From: Pseudogymnoascus verrucosus
Taxonomy: Eukaryota
DNA length: 64,000 nt
Direction: 5' to 3' (one strand)
NCBI GenBank assembly: GCA_001662655.1
Contig: KV460224.1
The notes beneath the pieces are model-generated. The model saw only the letters and a program-made list of their open reading frames with translations. It did no database searches and had not been told where the DNA came from. Positions 1 through 12,349 of this stretch are shown here, one piece after another (positions within the stretch are counted from its first letter, which is position 1; each line of letters opens with the position of its first letter). The translations under genes and the position numbers were made by a program.

Positions 1-388
1 CGCCTTAATACACGCAACACCCTTTAAAAAAGAGAGTGTGATAACTTACGCTCAATTATTTAGAAGCGTAGGGCACAGAATAAGGGTAAAAGAGCTGTTT
101 TAAAGGGTCAATTCCACATTTCAACAGAAGAACTCCAGTCGCAAGTTATAGAAGCAGAAGCAGCAACAGCAACAGCTTCACAGAGGCCTAGAACAACACC
201 ACGACCTATAAACGAGGCTATAATTGAGGAAATAGATGAAGAGAGCGAAGAAGAGCCTTCTGAGGATGATATAGATGAATTAGGGTGGTAGTAATTAGAT
301 TATTACGATTTTTTGAAGCTTTTAATAGGGTGGTCCTAACCCCACTACCGACATTACGCCATTACCGACATTACGCCACGACCTACGT
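1..388 (+). mobile_element. 3' end of a pogo/Fot1-like DNA transposon (copy A, truncated by the window edge)
   Basis: 1-290 is a diverged reverse complement of about 878-1175 (acidic transposase C-terminus). It ends in a TIR ...ccccactaccgacattacgccattaccgacattacgccacgacctacgt followed by TA (389-390). Confidence 0.85.
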
Positions 389-390
389 TA

Positions 391-698
391 TAGCTAGAGT
401 TAAGATGCATAATGACAGCCTAAATCATGTTATGTAGTTAATATCTAAATTGCTATATAAAATATTTATATAGTAAAACTTAAACTATATATAATTACTT
501 AATAAGAATAGCTTACAATCTAGCAAAATTAATAACGATATATTAATATATAAAGAGTAATAGTCTAAGAGGATTAAGCTTTATAAGCATTATTACAAAA
601 GTTATTAACGTTTTAATTTTGGTCATGTGACCTGGATTTTGGTGGGGTGAGTAAAGTAGCCGGTTACACCATGTAGCCGGTTACACCACGACCTACGT
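391..698 (+). mobile_element. AT-rich remnant ending in a third, related transposon TIR
   Basis: gtagccggttacacca x2 plus cgacctacgt, then TA at 699-700. Same terminal sequence and internal direct-repeat layout as the other TIRs; the body is very TpA-rich. Confidence 0.65.
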
Positions 699-777
699 TA
701 AGCCCCTATAAAGCTAACACTCGCTTTCCTATGTACTAGAACTAACTATCTTAATTAAGTGCTACGTTATAGAACTA

Positions 778-2714
778 ACGTAAGTCGTGGCGTAACGGGT
801 GTAATGGCGTAACGGGTGTAGTGGGGTTAGAACCACCCCATCAAAACCATTAAAAAATCGCAATAATTCAATTATTACTATGCTAATTCATCTACATCAT
901 CATCAGAAAGCTCCTCTTCGCTCTCCTCGCTCTCTTCTTCACCCTCACTATTAGTTAAGTTAACTATTGAGGTAGGTTGTGGTGTTTTTGAGATTCTTGA
1001 CCTCTGGGTTGCTGCCTCTGCCTCAATAACTTGCGACTGTAACTCTAGAGTTGAGATGTGGAATTGACCCTTCAAAACAGCTCTCTTACCCTTATTCTGT
1101 GCTCTACGCTTCTGAATAATTGAGCGTAGGTTATCACACTCTCTTTTTTGAAGGGCGTTGCGTGTATTAAGTCGTTCTGACTCATCTGCTAACTTATTGA
1201 TATATCGCTTNNNNNNNNNNNNNNNNNNNNNNNNNNNNNNNNNNNNNNNNNNNNNNNNNNNNNNNNNNNNNNNNNNNNNNNNNNNNTTCTTAAAAATATC
1301 ATACTCTATAGGAGTATGTAGCCGTTCTAATACTACTACGTCTATAGTAGGAATTGTAGCTGCTCAAATTACTGTTTGTGGCTAGAATGGCTATAGCCTA
1401 CTTCCTCTCTATGCAGAAGTAATATTTAAGTTAGAAAATGCTAATTCTCTTGCTTTTATATATACTTTGAGCTACTCTGCTTTCTGTATACGTAGGAGTT
1501 GCGCCTCATTTAGGTGCGAGAGAGCAGTTATAAGGTGTTGCTTTAAGGGCCTAAAAATTGAAATATCAAGTGGCTGTAGAACATGAGATGTATGAGGAGG
1601 TAGTATAAGGAGCAATATTCGATTTTGAATGCAGTGTGATATAAAGCTTCCACTTATATGGCTATTATGGCCATCGCAAATTAGGAGCCGTTGCTGTAGT
1701 CGTCCATTTTGTGTTGCTTTTGCTCTTGTAGAGGGCTCAAAAACGCGTTTTAGCTACTCTAATCCATGAAGATTGCTTGTCTATCCTTTTGTATTTGTAG
1801 AGAAGTGCCATTTTTGTATAACCTCCTTTGGAATCTAGCTCTGTAGTATGTTCTGTCCTTTAAAAATAATAAGGGGGTTAATAGCTGTTCTGTCCATGCA
1901 AATGCATTTAACAGCAGACACCTATTCCTGTTAGCTAGGATGAGCTTGAAAACGCGTACGAAGTGTAGAATCGACTATAATTCGTGTAGATTGCATAGTT
2001 CCAATTGAAAATCCAGTTTCATCTATATTGTAGGTGTTGTAGTTTTCGATTTTTAGCTCTGTTATAAGGCTCTTGTACGCGTCAAACCACCCCCTTAACA
2101 CCTGCTTTGTGACCCCATTCATCCTTTGTGCCTTAACTCTACGTCCTAACTTAACACGTAAGTTAGGATGCCTTTGAATGAATCGTGGAACCCAATCTTG
2201 CCTAAGAGGTAAGTTAGGAATGTGTTCTTGTTAAGTTTGTAGTTGTTGAGTTTGTAGTTGTTGAGTTTGTAGGTGTTGAGGCTGAAAAACGCAACACTTA
2301 TTTGACCGGACTTCATCTGCAACCTCCTGTAATATCCGATGGCTAGGAGCGTAGCCACTTATAGTAAGCTCTTTAATCCACTTTAGGAGGGTCTGCTCTT
2401 GATTTTTTGATAGGAGCTGCTGCTATTGGCGTGCTTCTACTCGTGTATGCCTTCCATTTACACGACATCGGAGGGTCTCTGCTGGTAGCCCTAGAGCTTT
2501 TGCAGCAGCATATATTGATTTATATTGATTTGATTTAATAGCTAATATAGCCTTTTGTATTTGAATTTCGCGTTCTTGAGCCTTTATACTCTTCTGACGG
2601 ACCATTCTAGCATAGTAGTAGTAGTAATAGTTAATAGGGTGGTAGGTTTGATGGGGTGGTTCCAACCCCACTACACCCGTTACGCCATTACACCCGTTAC
2701 GCCACGACTTACGT
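778..2714 (-). mobile_element. pogo/Fot1-like (Tc1/mariner superfamily) DNA transposon with both TIRs and an inactivated transposase (copy B)
   Basis: 68-bp TIRs at 778-845 and 2647-2714 with 1 mismatch, and TA target duplication at 776-777 and 2715-2716. Minus-strand fragments include a HTH (SIYAAAKALGLPAETLRCRVNG), the DDE-region motif YNIDETGF and an acidic tail. Multiple in-frame stops. Confidence 0.93.
1211..1286. other. assembly gap (run of N) inside the transposon
   Basis: 76 N characters. Confidence 1.
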
Positions 2715-3588
2715 TAGTGTTACAAAGGGCATAGATAGGATTCTGTATTAAATAGTAAGGATAGCGGCGGTAAGCCTAATTAGTAGAGAATATCTATTAA
2801 TAGTTAGCACGCACATGGTAGATAAATCTTTTAAGGAAGCAAACATGGTAAATAGATCTTTTGCCCTTAAACTAATGATTTTTATAACAAAATGTTAAAT
2901 CCCTAAACCACTATAGAGATGGACCACCAACGCTCTCTAGCACACTACAACTACACTCACGCACCTACCTCTATGAATAAGTAAGAGGGTGGCAGAGGCA
3001 TATATGCCAGACCTATGGCAATTGCCTCTGTCGAAAAGAGCAACCTATGGCAGGCGTTGCTCCATGGGAATCTTGCCACATGTTAACCGCTTTTATCCTT
3101 GCATTTCACAAACTGCTATACTATTTCCCGCATCTCGTGGCAGGCTAACTAACCCCTTCGAATGGCATAAAATTTACTAACGGGAGATGAAAAATGAGCG
3201 TGTCTAATGATGCTCGTTGGCTTTAATGGTAGTAAGCTATAACGTGCAGACTTACTACCACAGCCCCCTATGGTAGAGGACATGGGAAGAGGGTTAATAA
3301 CGAGGTAGTGAACGAAGTAAGGTGGTAGAAATGAGGCGATAGCGAGGTACCGACAGGAAGGTTTTAGGGGCTTTAGGGTCACGTGTAGGGTAGATAGAAC
3401 TTTTTTTCAGAGACAGCGCATATAGATCTTTATAGGGGCAAACAGGGTAAATAGATCTTTTGCCTTTAGTTTAAACTTTAGCTGCTAAAGTTGTAAAACA
3501 TACTTATTAATACGCAGGATCTAGTGGCACCTCAGCAGCTCTCTGTACTGCCTATATGCTAAGAATATACTATAATTGTTTTCTAGAT

Positions 3589-6406
3589 CTATGACTTTGG
3601 TGGCAATGGCTTAATTGGCCACTCATAGTCCCTGCTAAACCTCGACTTAAATACCCACTCGCCCATTCCTACGGTCTCTGTCTTCTCACCCGTCTCTTGC
3701 GGCACTACAACCTCTAAGGTCACACCGTATGGCACCAAAGCCCGCATCTCTATCGTATTCATCCCGTAGCCATCTTGCTTCGTCTCCCACGTGCACGAAA
3801 CAAGGCCGAAAGGCGTAACATGTTCCACGATGGCCCTGTCGAACTCTGCTCCAATCAAAGGCGCAAAGCAGCATTTTGTCCATCCAGGCGCCAAGCGCCG
3901 AAGCCCTGCAACACGCCCGTGGAGAAACGTTGCGACGGCACCAAAAGCGTAGTGATTAAAGCTTGTCATGTCGCCAGGGTTCACTGACCCGTCGGGTAGT
4001 AAGCTGTCCCAGCGCTCCCACATGGTTGTTGCATCCATTGTCACGGGATACAGCCAGGAGGGGCACGTCTTTTCGAGGAGCATTGCGTACGCTATATTCG
4101 TATGGCCCGTCCGTGCAAGGGCCTCGCACAAGAATGGTGTGCCAGCGAATCCGGTACCGATCCTGAATCCGTTCTTGTGAACGAGATACTTGAGACGATT
4201 GCCGGCGACCACTGCTTGTGTAGGTGTGAGCAGGTCGAAGCAGATCGCGAGGGCGTAGGCTGTTTGAGAGTCGGAGATGAGCCGACCGTTGGGTGACACA
4301 TACTCGTTCTGGAAGTCCTGACGTGTAGCGAGAGCGTCGCTAGAGAACTTTGCGCAGTCGGCGGTTTGGCCGACAATGCGTGAGATAAGAACCATGAGGT
4401 CTAGACTGTGGACAAGAAAGGCATTAGCGACGAGCTGGGCGTCGGTTGCTGATTTCCACGGCGCATCGGCCGGAGCAGCAGGGTCAAGCCAGTCCTACTC
4501 AAATACATTAGTTGGCAGATGTAGCACCAAGACGCAAAGAGACACAAATGCGTACCCCAAGTTGGAATATCGATGGGTCCCATAAGTGGGTTGTACCATT
4601 TTTGCAGCGGGGCACAATGTCTATCCACGTCGTCATGCTGGAGTACTGCTGTGCTAGAATCGTCGCATCTCCTGTCTCGCTGTATAGTTCCCACGGGGCT
4701 AATATGGTCACATCATGCCACACGGCACATGGCTTCCGTCGACACCAAACCGGGTCGACAATGGTTGAGTTGGGCGTCACCATTGCTGGGACGCCGCCTA
4801 GTACCTTCTGGTCGTATTCGACATCTACCAGCCAATTCTTCAACATACCGAAGCAGTCGTAGATCAGGGTTGCAGCTGGGGCAAACAAGGCCAGATCGCC
4901 AGACCAGCCCAGTCTTTCATCGCGCTGCGGGCAGTCGGTCGGTACGGAAAGGAAGTTACCACGCATGCCCCACCGGATATTTTGGTATAACTTGTTAAGC
5001 AAGGGATCAGAGCAATCGAAGGTGCCGGCGCTCCTCATGTCCGTGTGACAGACAACGGCTTTAATGGAGGCGCTCAGGTCGACTGTATCATCCCACCCGT
5101 CCACCTGCACATAGCGGAAACCGTGGAAAGTGAACCGAGGTTCGTAATGTTCGCCGCTTGCATCACCCTTAAGTGTGTAGACATCGATAGCCTTGCAGAC
5201 GCGCAGAGGTCGCGTTGCGATCTCCCCGTCCTCTAGTACTTCGACGTGCGAGAGGGTGATTTGGTGGCCGCGCGGTCCTATAATATTCTTTAGACGAACA
5301 TAGCCGACGAGATTCTGACCGAAGTCAAGGACGGTTTTGCCAGCTGGCGTGGTGATGCGTTGCACCGGATTGACCTCCTCAATACGCCTCACCGGCTCGG
5401 TAAAGCCCGTTGTGAGATTAGTGGTGGCTGGCAGGAAATCCATCACCACGACTGGTTCCCAGCGGGCGACTACGCTTATTTCAGCACTGTTTTCCAGACT
5501 GCTTGTTATTGACGCGGAAGCCGCTGGTGACGACCAGCCCGGAACCTCGAGCGTAGCATCATACTTCTCTCCATCGTAGATTTCGGCCAGGCGAATTGGT
5601 CCTCGCGTCACCTGCCATGAGCCGTCGGTCACAATGCGTTCCTCTCGGCCATCGACATAGCGGATCTCCAGCTGAGCCATCAAGGCCGTGTGTGGCCCCC
5701 AGATATTTCGATGGCCACCCTCAAAACCAATGCGCCCTGAGAACCATCCCTCCGCAACACGCACGCCTAGACAGTTGACGCCGCCTGCCAGGAGGGACGT
5801 TACATCATAGGTCTGGTAGGGGAGGCGAGCATCGTAGGCGGTCCAGCCAGGCGCCATGAAAATGTCGCCTACACGCTGGCCGTTGATCTCGGCTTCGTAG
5901 ACTCCTTGCGCAGTGATGTAGAGCCGCGCCTGATCGATGGTACCCACTATGCTAGCCGCCGGCAGGGAAAATTCCTGGCGAAACAACTGTTCCGGGTCCG
6001 ATACCGTGGTGTCAGATGCCCATGGCGCCGCGATGCGCTCACATTGCCAGTCTGCATGGCTGAGAAGGCCAATCTCGAGGCGGGCTGGTGCGCTCCAGGG
6101 CGTGTCTTGTCCTGCCGAATCCCATACCCGAACTCGCACTGAGATCTTCTCTCGCGCGCGGAGATGTCGATCAAGCGGCCATGGAACAAGATGAGATAGT
6201 GAGGACGCGCGCCGCACTGTGCAGAGGAGCTCGAGGGTTGAGCCAGAGCTCTCTTTCGAGACTTCAATGTCGTAGCTTTGCGGAGAAAAGGCACTGGAAG
6301 CGTTCTGGAATGTCCACGACAGGCGCGGCGCGGTGTCCTGAGTTACCAGCAGCTGTGTAGGCCCGGGGTGGTAGTGCTCAAAACGAAGGTCAATGATCGA
6401 TGCCAT
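3589..6406 (-). CDS. GH78 alpha-L-rhamnosidase, no signal peptide (2 exons; intron 4495-4555)
   Basis: Motifs LDFGQNLVG, FTFHGFRYVQV, PTDCPQRDERLGWSGD, TTMWERWD, MTSFNHYAFG. A GTACG...CTAAT...TAG intron joins FQLG to DWLDP in frame. N-terminus MASIIDLRFEHYH is not hydrophobic. Confidence 0.93.
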
Positions 6407-6743
6407 GATACCAGTGGGGTTCTGTGGCAAAGCCAGAGTGAGATTGGCCTTAACTGCTAGAGAGAAACAGACCAGGCAGGGAGAGTAAAGTAAGTACTGT
6501 ATAGAATAATATCAGGGCTTCTCACACTTCTCACTAATTCTAAACAGAAAATTAGACCACAATTCCGGCGAGCAGAGCAGTCATCGTAACTCTGATCGTC
6601 CATATTAAGAACTGTTATTAAACTTACGGATTAATTTGTAAACAGCTGACGCCTTTTACCTAGAGTCTAAAGCTATCCATAGCTATAGATAGCTTTGTTA
6701 GTTTGTAGTCATAGCGCAGCGATAGTGGAGCGAAAGCGCCACA

Positions 6744-6793
6744 TTTATCCGCGGTAGAACTGTATAAACTTACTTACCCCCGACGTTTATCCG
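6744..6793 (-). promoter_or_regulatory. two CGGATAAA motifs in the GH78/GH1 divergent promoter (candidate Zn2Cys6 activator sites)
   Basis: tttatccg at 6744-6751 and 6786-6793. The same 8-mer occurs twice in the second cluster promoter. Confidence 0.5.
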
Positions 6794-7181
6794 TCCCGTT
6801 AATGGTAGTATCAGATGGTTGAATGACTGGCAGTTCTGTTCTTTGATTCCATAACTACAACCACATCACATCACATCGTCTCTTGCATCCCGTTTCTTGA
6901 CAAATTCGCTCACTATTAACCCGAGCAGACCCTTTCCTCCTGCCTTTTTGTCTTGTTTTCCGGCCTAGCGACCAACTCTGTCCCCGATCCCAGCCCCGCT
7001 ACCCTTAGTTATGGATCCATCCTAGGTCTACAAAATATTCCCTACTAGGATCTAGAGCCTGATGTCTAATATTTGAGAGATGCTACACCCCAGTTCGTTT
7101 TTAATTTCTTACCTCCTATATTTGTGCTGGAGATAGTCTATATTCACTCATTTGGGTTCATTAACTGAAGGTTCGCTCAGC

Positions 7182-8756
<1,575 letters not shown>

Positions 8757-9528
8757 TAATGATTCTACGTACTAGACAGAAAAATCAATAGAATGATAGG
8801 AAGGTTAACAGGGTTAGCCTTTAGGGCTATGCATATAAATTTAGGGACAGACCGTTGCCTATGGAAGCTTTAGCGACCAACTCGAATGATGCAAATTACA
8901 TGTGACTGTCTTACTATTCCCCGTCCCCCTGTCTGACTGTAACGACCCGGAAAAGTATTACTAGAGCTTGGCAGGATCAGTCACTAAACCTGAACGCGCT
9001 ATTCCGCCTAACTTAGGTGCGGTGTAACAGTAAAAAAAGTAGATCGTTACAATCATACAGGGTGGGGGGGGGATGGGGATTAATAGAAGAATGGGATATC
9101 ATGGAGGTAATCACGGGAAGATTAGCCATCGCGGTATAAAAACATTGTCCCGTTTCTAAGTCATCAATGACGGAGAGAGGATGCAGATGTTAAACATGCG
9201 TCGGAGCTAGGCGATGCGTAATTAACACCAGTGTAAGATTATTATCTTGTCATAATTATCATTTGTTGAGGGGGAAACAACACTACGCCATTTGGAACTG
9301 AGGCGAGACTAGGATAAATTCACAAAGTCTAGAGATGCGATTAAGTTAAATGCACTTGTCGATATCATTCGATGTCAGGTGCATTGTCTATCAAGACTTG
9401 GCAGTGGATATATAGTGCAATCAATACATTGTATTCACAATTCTACTTAATGAGTAAATCAGCTACATCAGCCCGCAAACTGAATATCGCAGCATTAGGC
9501 GATCATGCGTATGCTATTCTTCGATTGC

Positions 9529-11347
9529 TTACTCAGCCTCGTGCTCTTTAAGGACACGTTGGGTTGCGGTCTCCGTCTTGTGGAATCGCCATGGCTTGAT
9601 ACCTCGCTCGAAAAGTTCGTCTAGTTCAGCAGCAGAGCGGCTAGAGGAGGGTCAATTCGGATTTCCACAAATAAAGGGGGCATTCTGAACTTACCCTGTT
9701 GTCTCAGGGATTAAGAACCACATCCCGACCATAAATGGCGCGCCGACACCAACGTAGAACCAGGCGGTCTTAAGTCCCCAATTCCACTTGTTAATATTAG
9801 TCATATACGGAACTAGGACGCTCATGACAACGCCAATGACGCAGGTCGCTGCGCCACCAAACCCTGCAGTATAAGGACGGAGGCGCTGGGAAGAAATTTC
9901 GCCAATGAAGCCCCAACCAGTGGCACCGTTGGCGGCCAGTCCGACATCTGTAAAAAGTTAGATAAATCTTCAGAAGTATAGACCAGAAGGAGAGAATTGC
10001 AAGAGATACGTACTCCAGAGACAGGCGAAGAGGATAAAAACGTAGGATGACGCATTAGTAGACGGTACGACTCCTAGAATACCAACGGCGATGCAAGCAA
10101 GCCAAGAAAGTGTTGTACCACAGCAAGCGATATATCGACGGCCGACTCTATCAGCACAAAGAACTACGACGATAACGGTCGCAATCTGGATAGATGACGT
10201 GATAACCTTGATTCTGAAAGGATTTTTGAGACCCGCCTGTTGGAAGAAGTATGTTCCAAATGTGCCGAAGAGGGAGAGGCCGATGAACTGCTGAGTGAGG
10301 TTGGTCCACAGTGTGATCACAGTCCGAATGCCGTTCACGCCTTGGAAGATGGCGTACCACTTTTCTCTTCGCTGCTCGACGGCAAGAGCGCGCTCGTGTT
10401 CGACGTTCAATAGAATGATCTCGAGTTGTGCATCGACATTATAATTCTCGACGCCCCGGTTGAGGTACGACAGGGATTTCTTGGCGAGCTCCATCTTCCC
10501 AGCTGTGACGCACCACGCGGGAGACTCAGGGAGGAATAGATAAATGGTGAGCATCAAGCCGATCTGTGCCCATTGCGAATATAGGGCGTTGAGGTAGTTG
10601 TGCGGGTTGCTAGCATTAAGACTGTTTAGTGCCACCTGAGCGAAGAAAGAGCCAAGGGTCCACCAAAAGCTGTAGAGCATCAACAAGCCACCCCGGATAC
10701 GAGGAGGAGCACACTCGGAAATATATGCTGGGATAGTAGATTGAAGACAGCCGACACCAATACCAGCTAGAAGTTTGCCGACCAACCAGCCCTCCCAGCT
10801 GCGGGTAAGTGTCTCGGCAAGGATAGAGCCCACAAGAATGAGCCAGTAAGTATACATGGCGACCTTCCTGCCGAATTTGACAGTGTAGAAGGACAGCCCA
10901 ACCATGCCGATAATCTGACCAACAGATACGACAGAGGACCAGCCGCTGAGAATGGGCGAGGCGAGGGCGGGGCTACCATTAGCGTTTTTCTCAGTTGCGA
11001 ACTGCTTAACAAAGCCCGCGTTCGCGATGATACTGGCGTTGATGCTAAACAAGAAGAATGTTAATAATAGAGCCTAAGCACAACACAAAAGAAGTTCGGT
11101 GAAAGCTAACTCACCCGATCTGATAACCGTCTGTTGCAGCACTAAAGGCAGCAGCAAAGCAAAGAGCAGTGGCCATTTTAAAGTGCTTTACAGTTTGCCA
11201 TGGAGTCAAATTTTCATAGCCGGTGATGGCCTGACCCTTAGTAGCAGCATCGGCAACGACATCTGAGCCTTTGATATCGCCATCCTCCCCAAATTCGTTG
11301 TGCTCTGCGGTATTAGTCGGCTTATCGCTGATGGGCTGAGAAGCCAT
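9529..11347 (-). CDS. MFS sugar porter (maltose/oligosaccharide permease-like), multi-exon
   Basis: Many hydrophobic segments; motifs DGYQIG, KFGRK, YISECAPPRIRG, LPESP, DRVGRR, PET..RSAAELDELFE. GT-AG introns near 11047-11112, 9950-10013 and 9641-9694. Confidence 0.92.
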
Positions 11348-11488
11348 GGCAAAGAATAGTAAATTCAGTCAATGGCCGCCGGAAGTTGAAAGGTGTCGTT
11401 GAAAGGTGTCGTTGAAACAAGAGGGATGGTACAAGGAAGAGATGTAGAGAAGTTGCTCTATCTAATGCACCGATATCTTTCTGACATT

Positions 11489-11672
11489 GCGGGGATGTTA
11501 AGCTCCTTATACTTCTTGGACATGCCACTTAACTCGCATGAAAATAGCACGTAGCTCATTCAACCTTTCATTTCAATATTGGAGCTCTAGCATGCGGGGA
11601 AGGAAATGCGGGGATGTAAATGCGGGGAAGGAGACACCGAAGTGTCTAGGCCGAGCCGTAGGTTTAGCGGGG
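11489..11672 (+). promoter_or_regulatory. cluster of GCGGGG (SYGGRG, CreA/Cre1-type) sites
   Basis: GCGGGG at 11489, 11594, 11608, 11622 and 11667; three are spaced exactly 14 bp apart. Confidence 0.55.
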
Positions 11673-11750
11673 TTTCCAATAGTGGATCCGCAACCTCATA
11701 GAATGTAAATTATTGAGTGTCATGGGGGAGACACGGGGTGGGTGTCAACC

Positions 11751-11837
11751 TTGAAGTTTATCCGCGTTTTGCCGTTTTCTCGAAGCACCACAGTTCATCC
11801 GCGGTTGAGACCACAACCCCATGTTGAAGTTTATCCG
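11751..11837 (-). promoter_or_regulatory. 14-bp direct repeat ttgaagtttatccg containing CGGATAAA
   Basis: Copies at 11751-11764 and 11824-11837, with the variant agttcatccg between them. Confidence 0.5.
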
Positions 11838-12349
11838 AATGTTATACGAATGTTACCAAAGGTACAAAATACGCTAGCATACACTTCATGCACGCATTCC
11901 CGACTGTGGCTCCCATGGAAAACCATACTTCTGGTATTTCTCACTGTCGTGTCTAAATATTGGTAATTCGAATGAAGTTAGAATGTGGGGTAAAACCATT
12001 TCCCGGCGTGATAAAGTTGTATGGGGTTAAGAACCGTTTCCCCGCGTTCTAACTTCATTCGAATTTATCAATATTTGGATGCTACAGCAGCCAGGGCGTA
12101 TGGATGCTATTACAGACTTCAAAGGACTGAAGATATACCGAGTGAGAGACAAGAGTGCGGAGATAGGGCTGAAGTTAATCACAAGGAAATATCGCAAGGA
12201 GAGACGAAAAAAAAAAGGATTGAAATTAAGATACTATAAGTTATAACTCAAGCTGCTCCCAAATTCTATATTGTCCAAAACGCATTATTCGTCTAGGGAT
12301 TCTTCTGTGACGCTGAATGGTAACCGACAGAAGGAGCAGTAGGGACATT

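Noticed and set aside
2230..2282. Repeat (ttgtagttgttgagt)x3 as a CRISPR or independent element
   Set aside because: No spacers, eukaryotic context; it is a short tandem repeat inside the transposase.
3360..3380. ttaggg-like words here and near 8811-8827 as telomeric repeats
   Set aside because: Isolated and non-tandem, in AT-rich decayed sequence.
4396..4555. Apparent split of GH78 into two ORFs (pseudogene?)
   Set aside because: A canonical intron at 4495-4555 joins them in frame.
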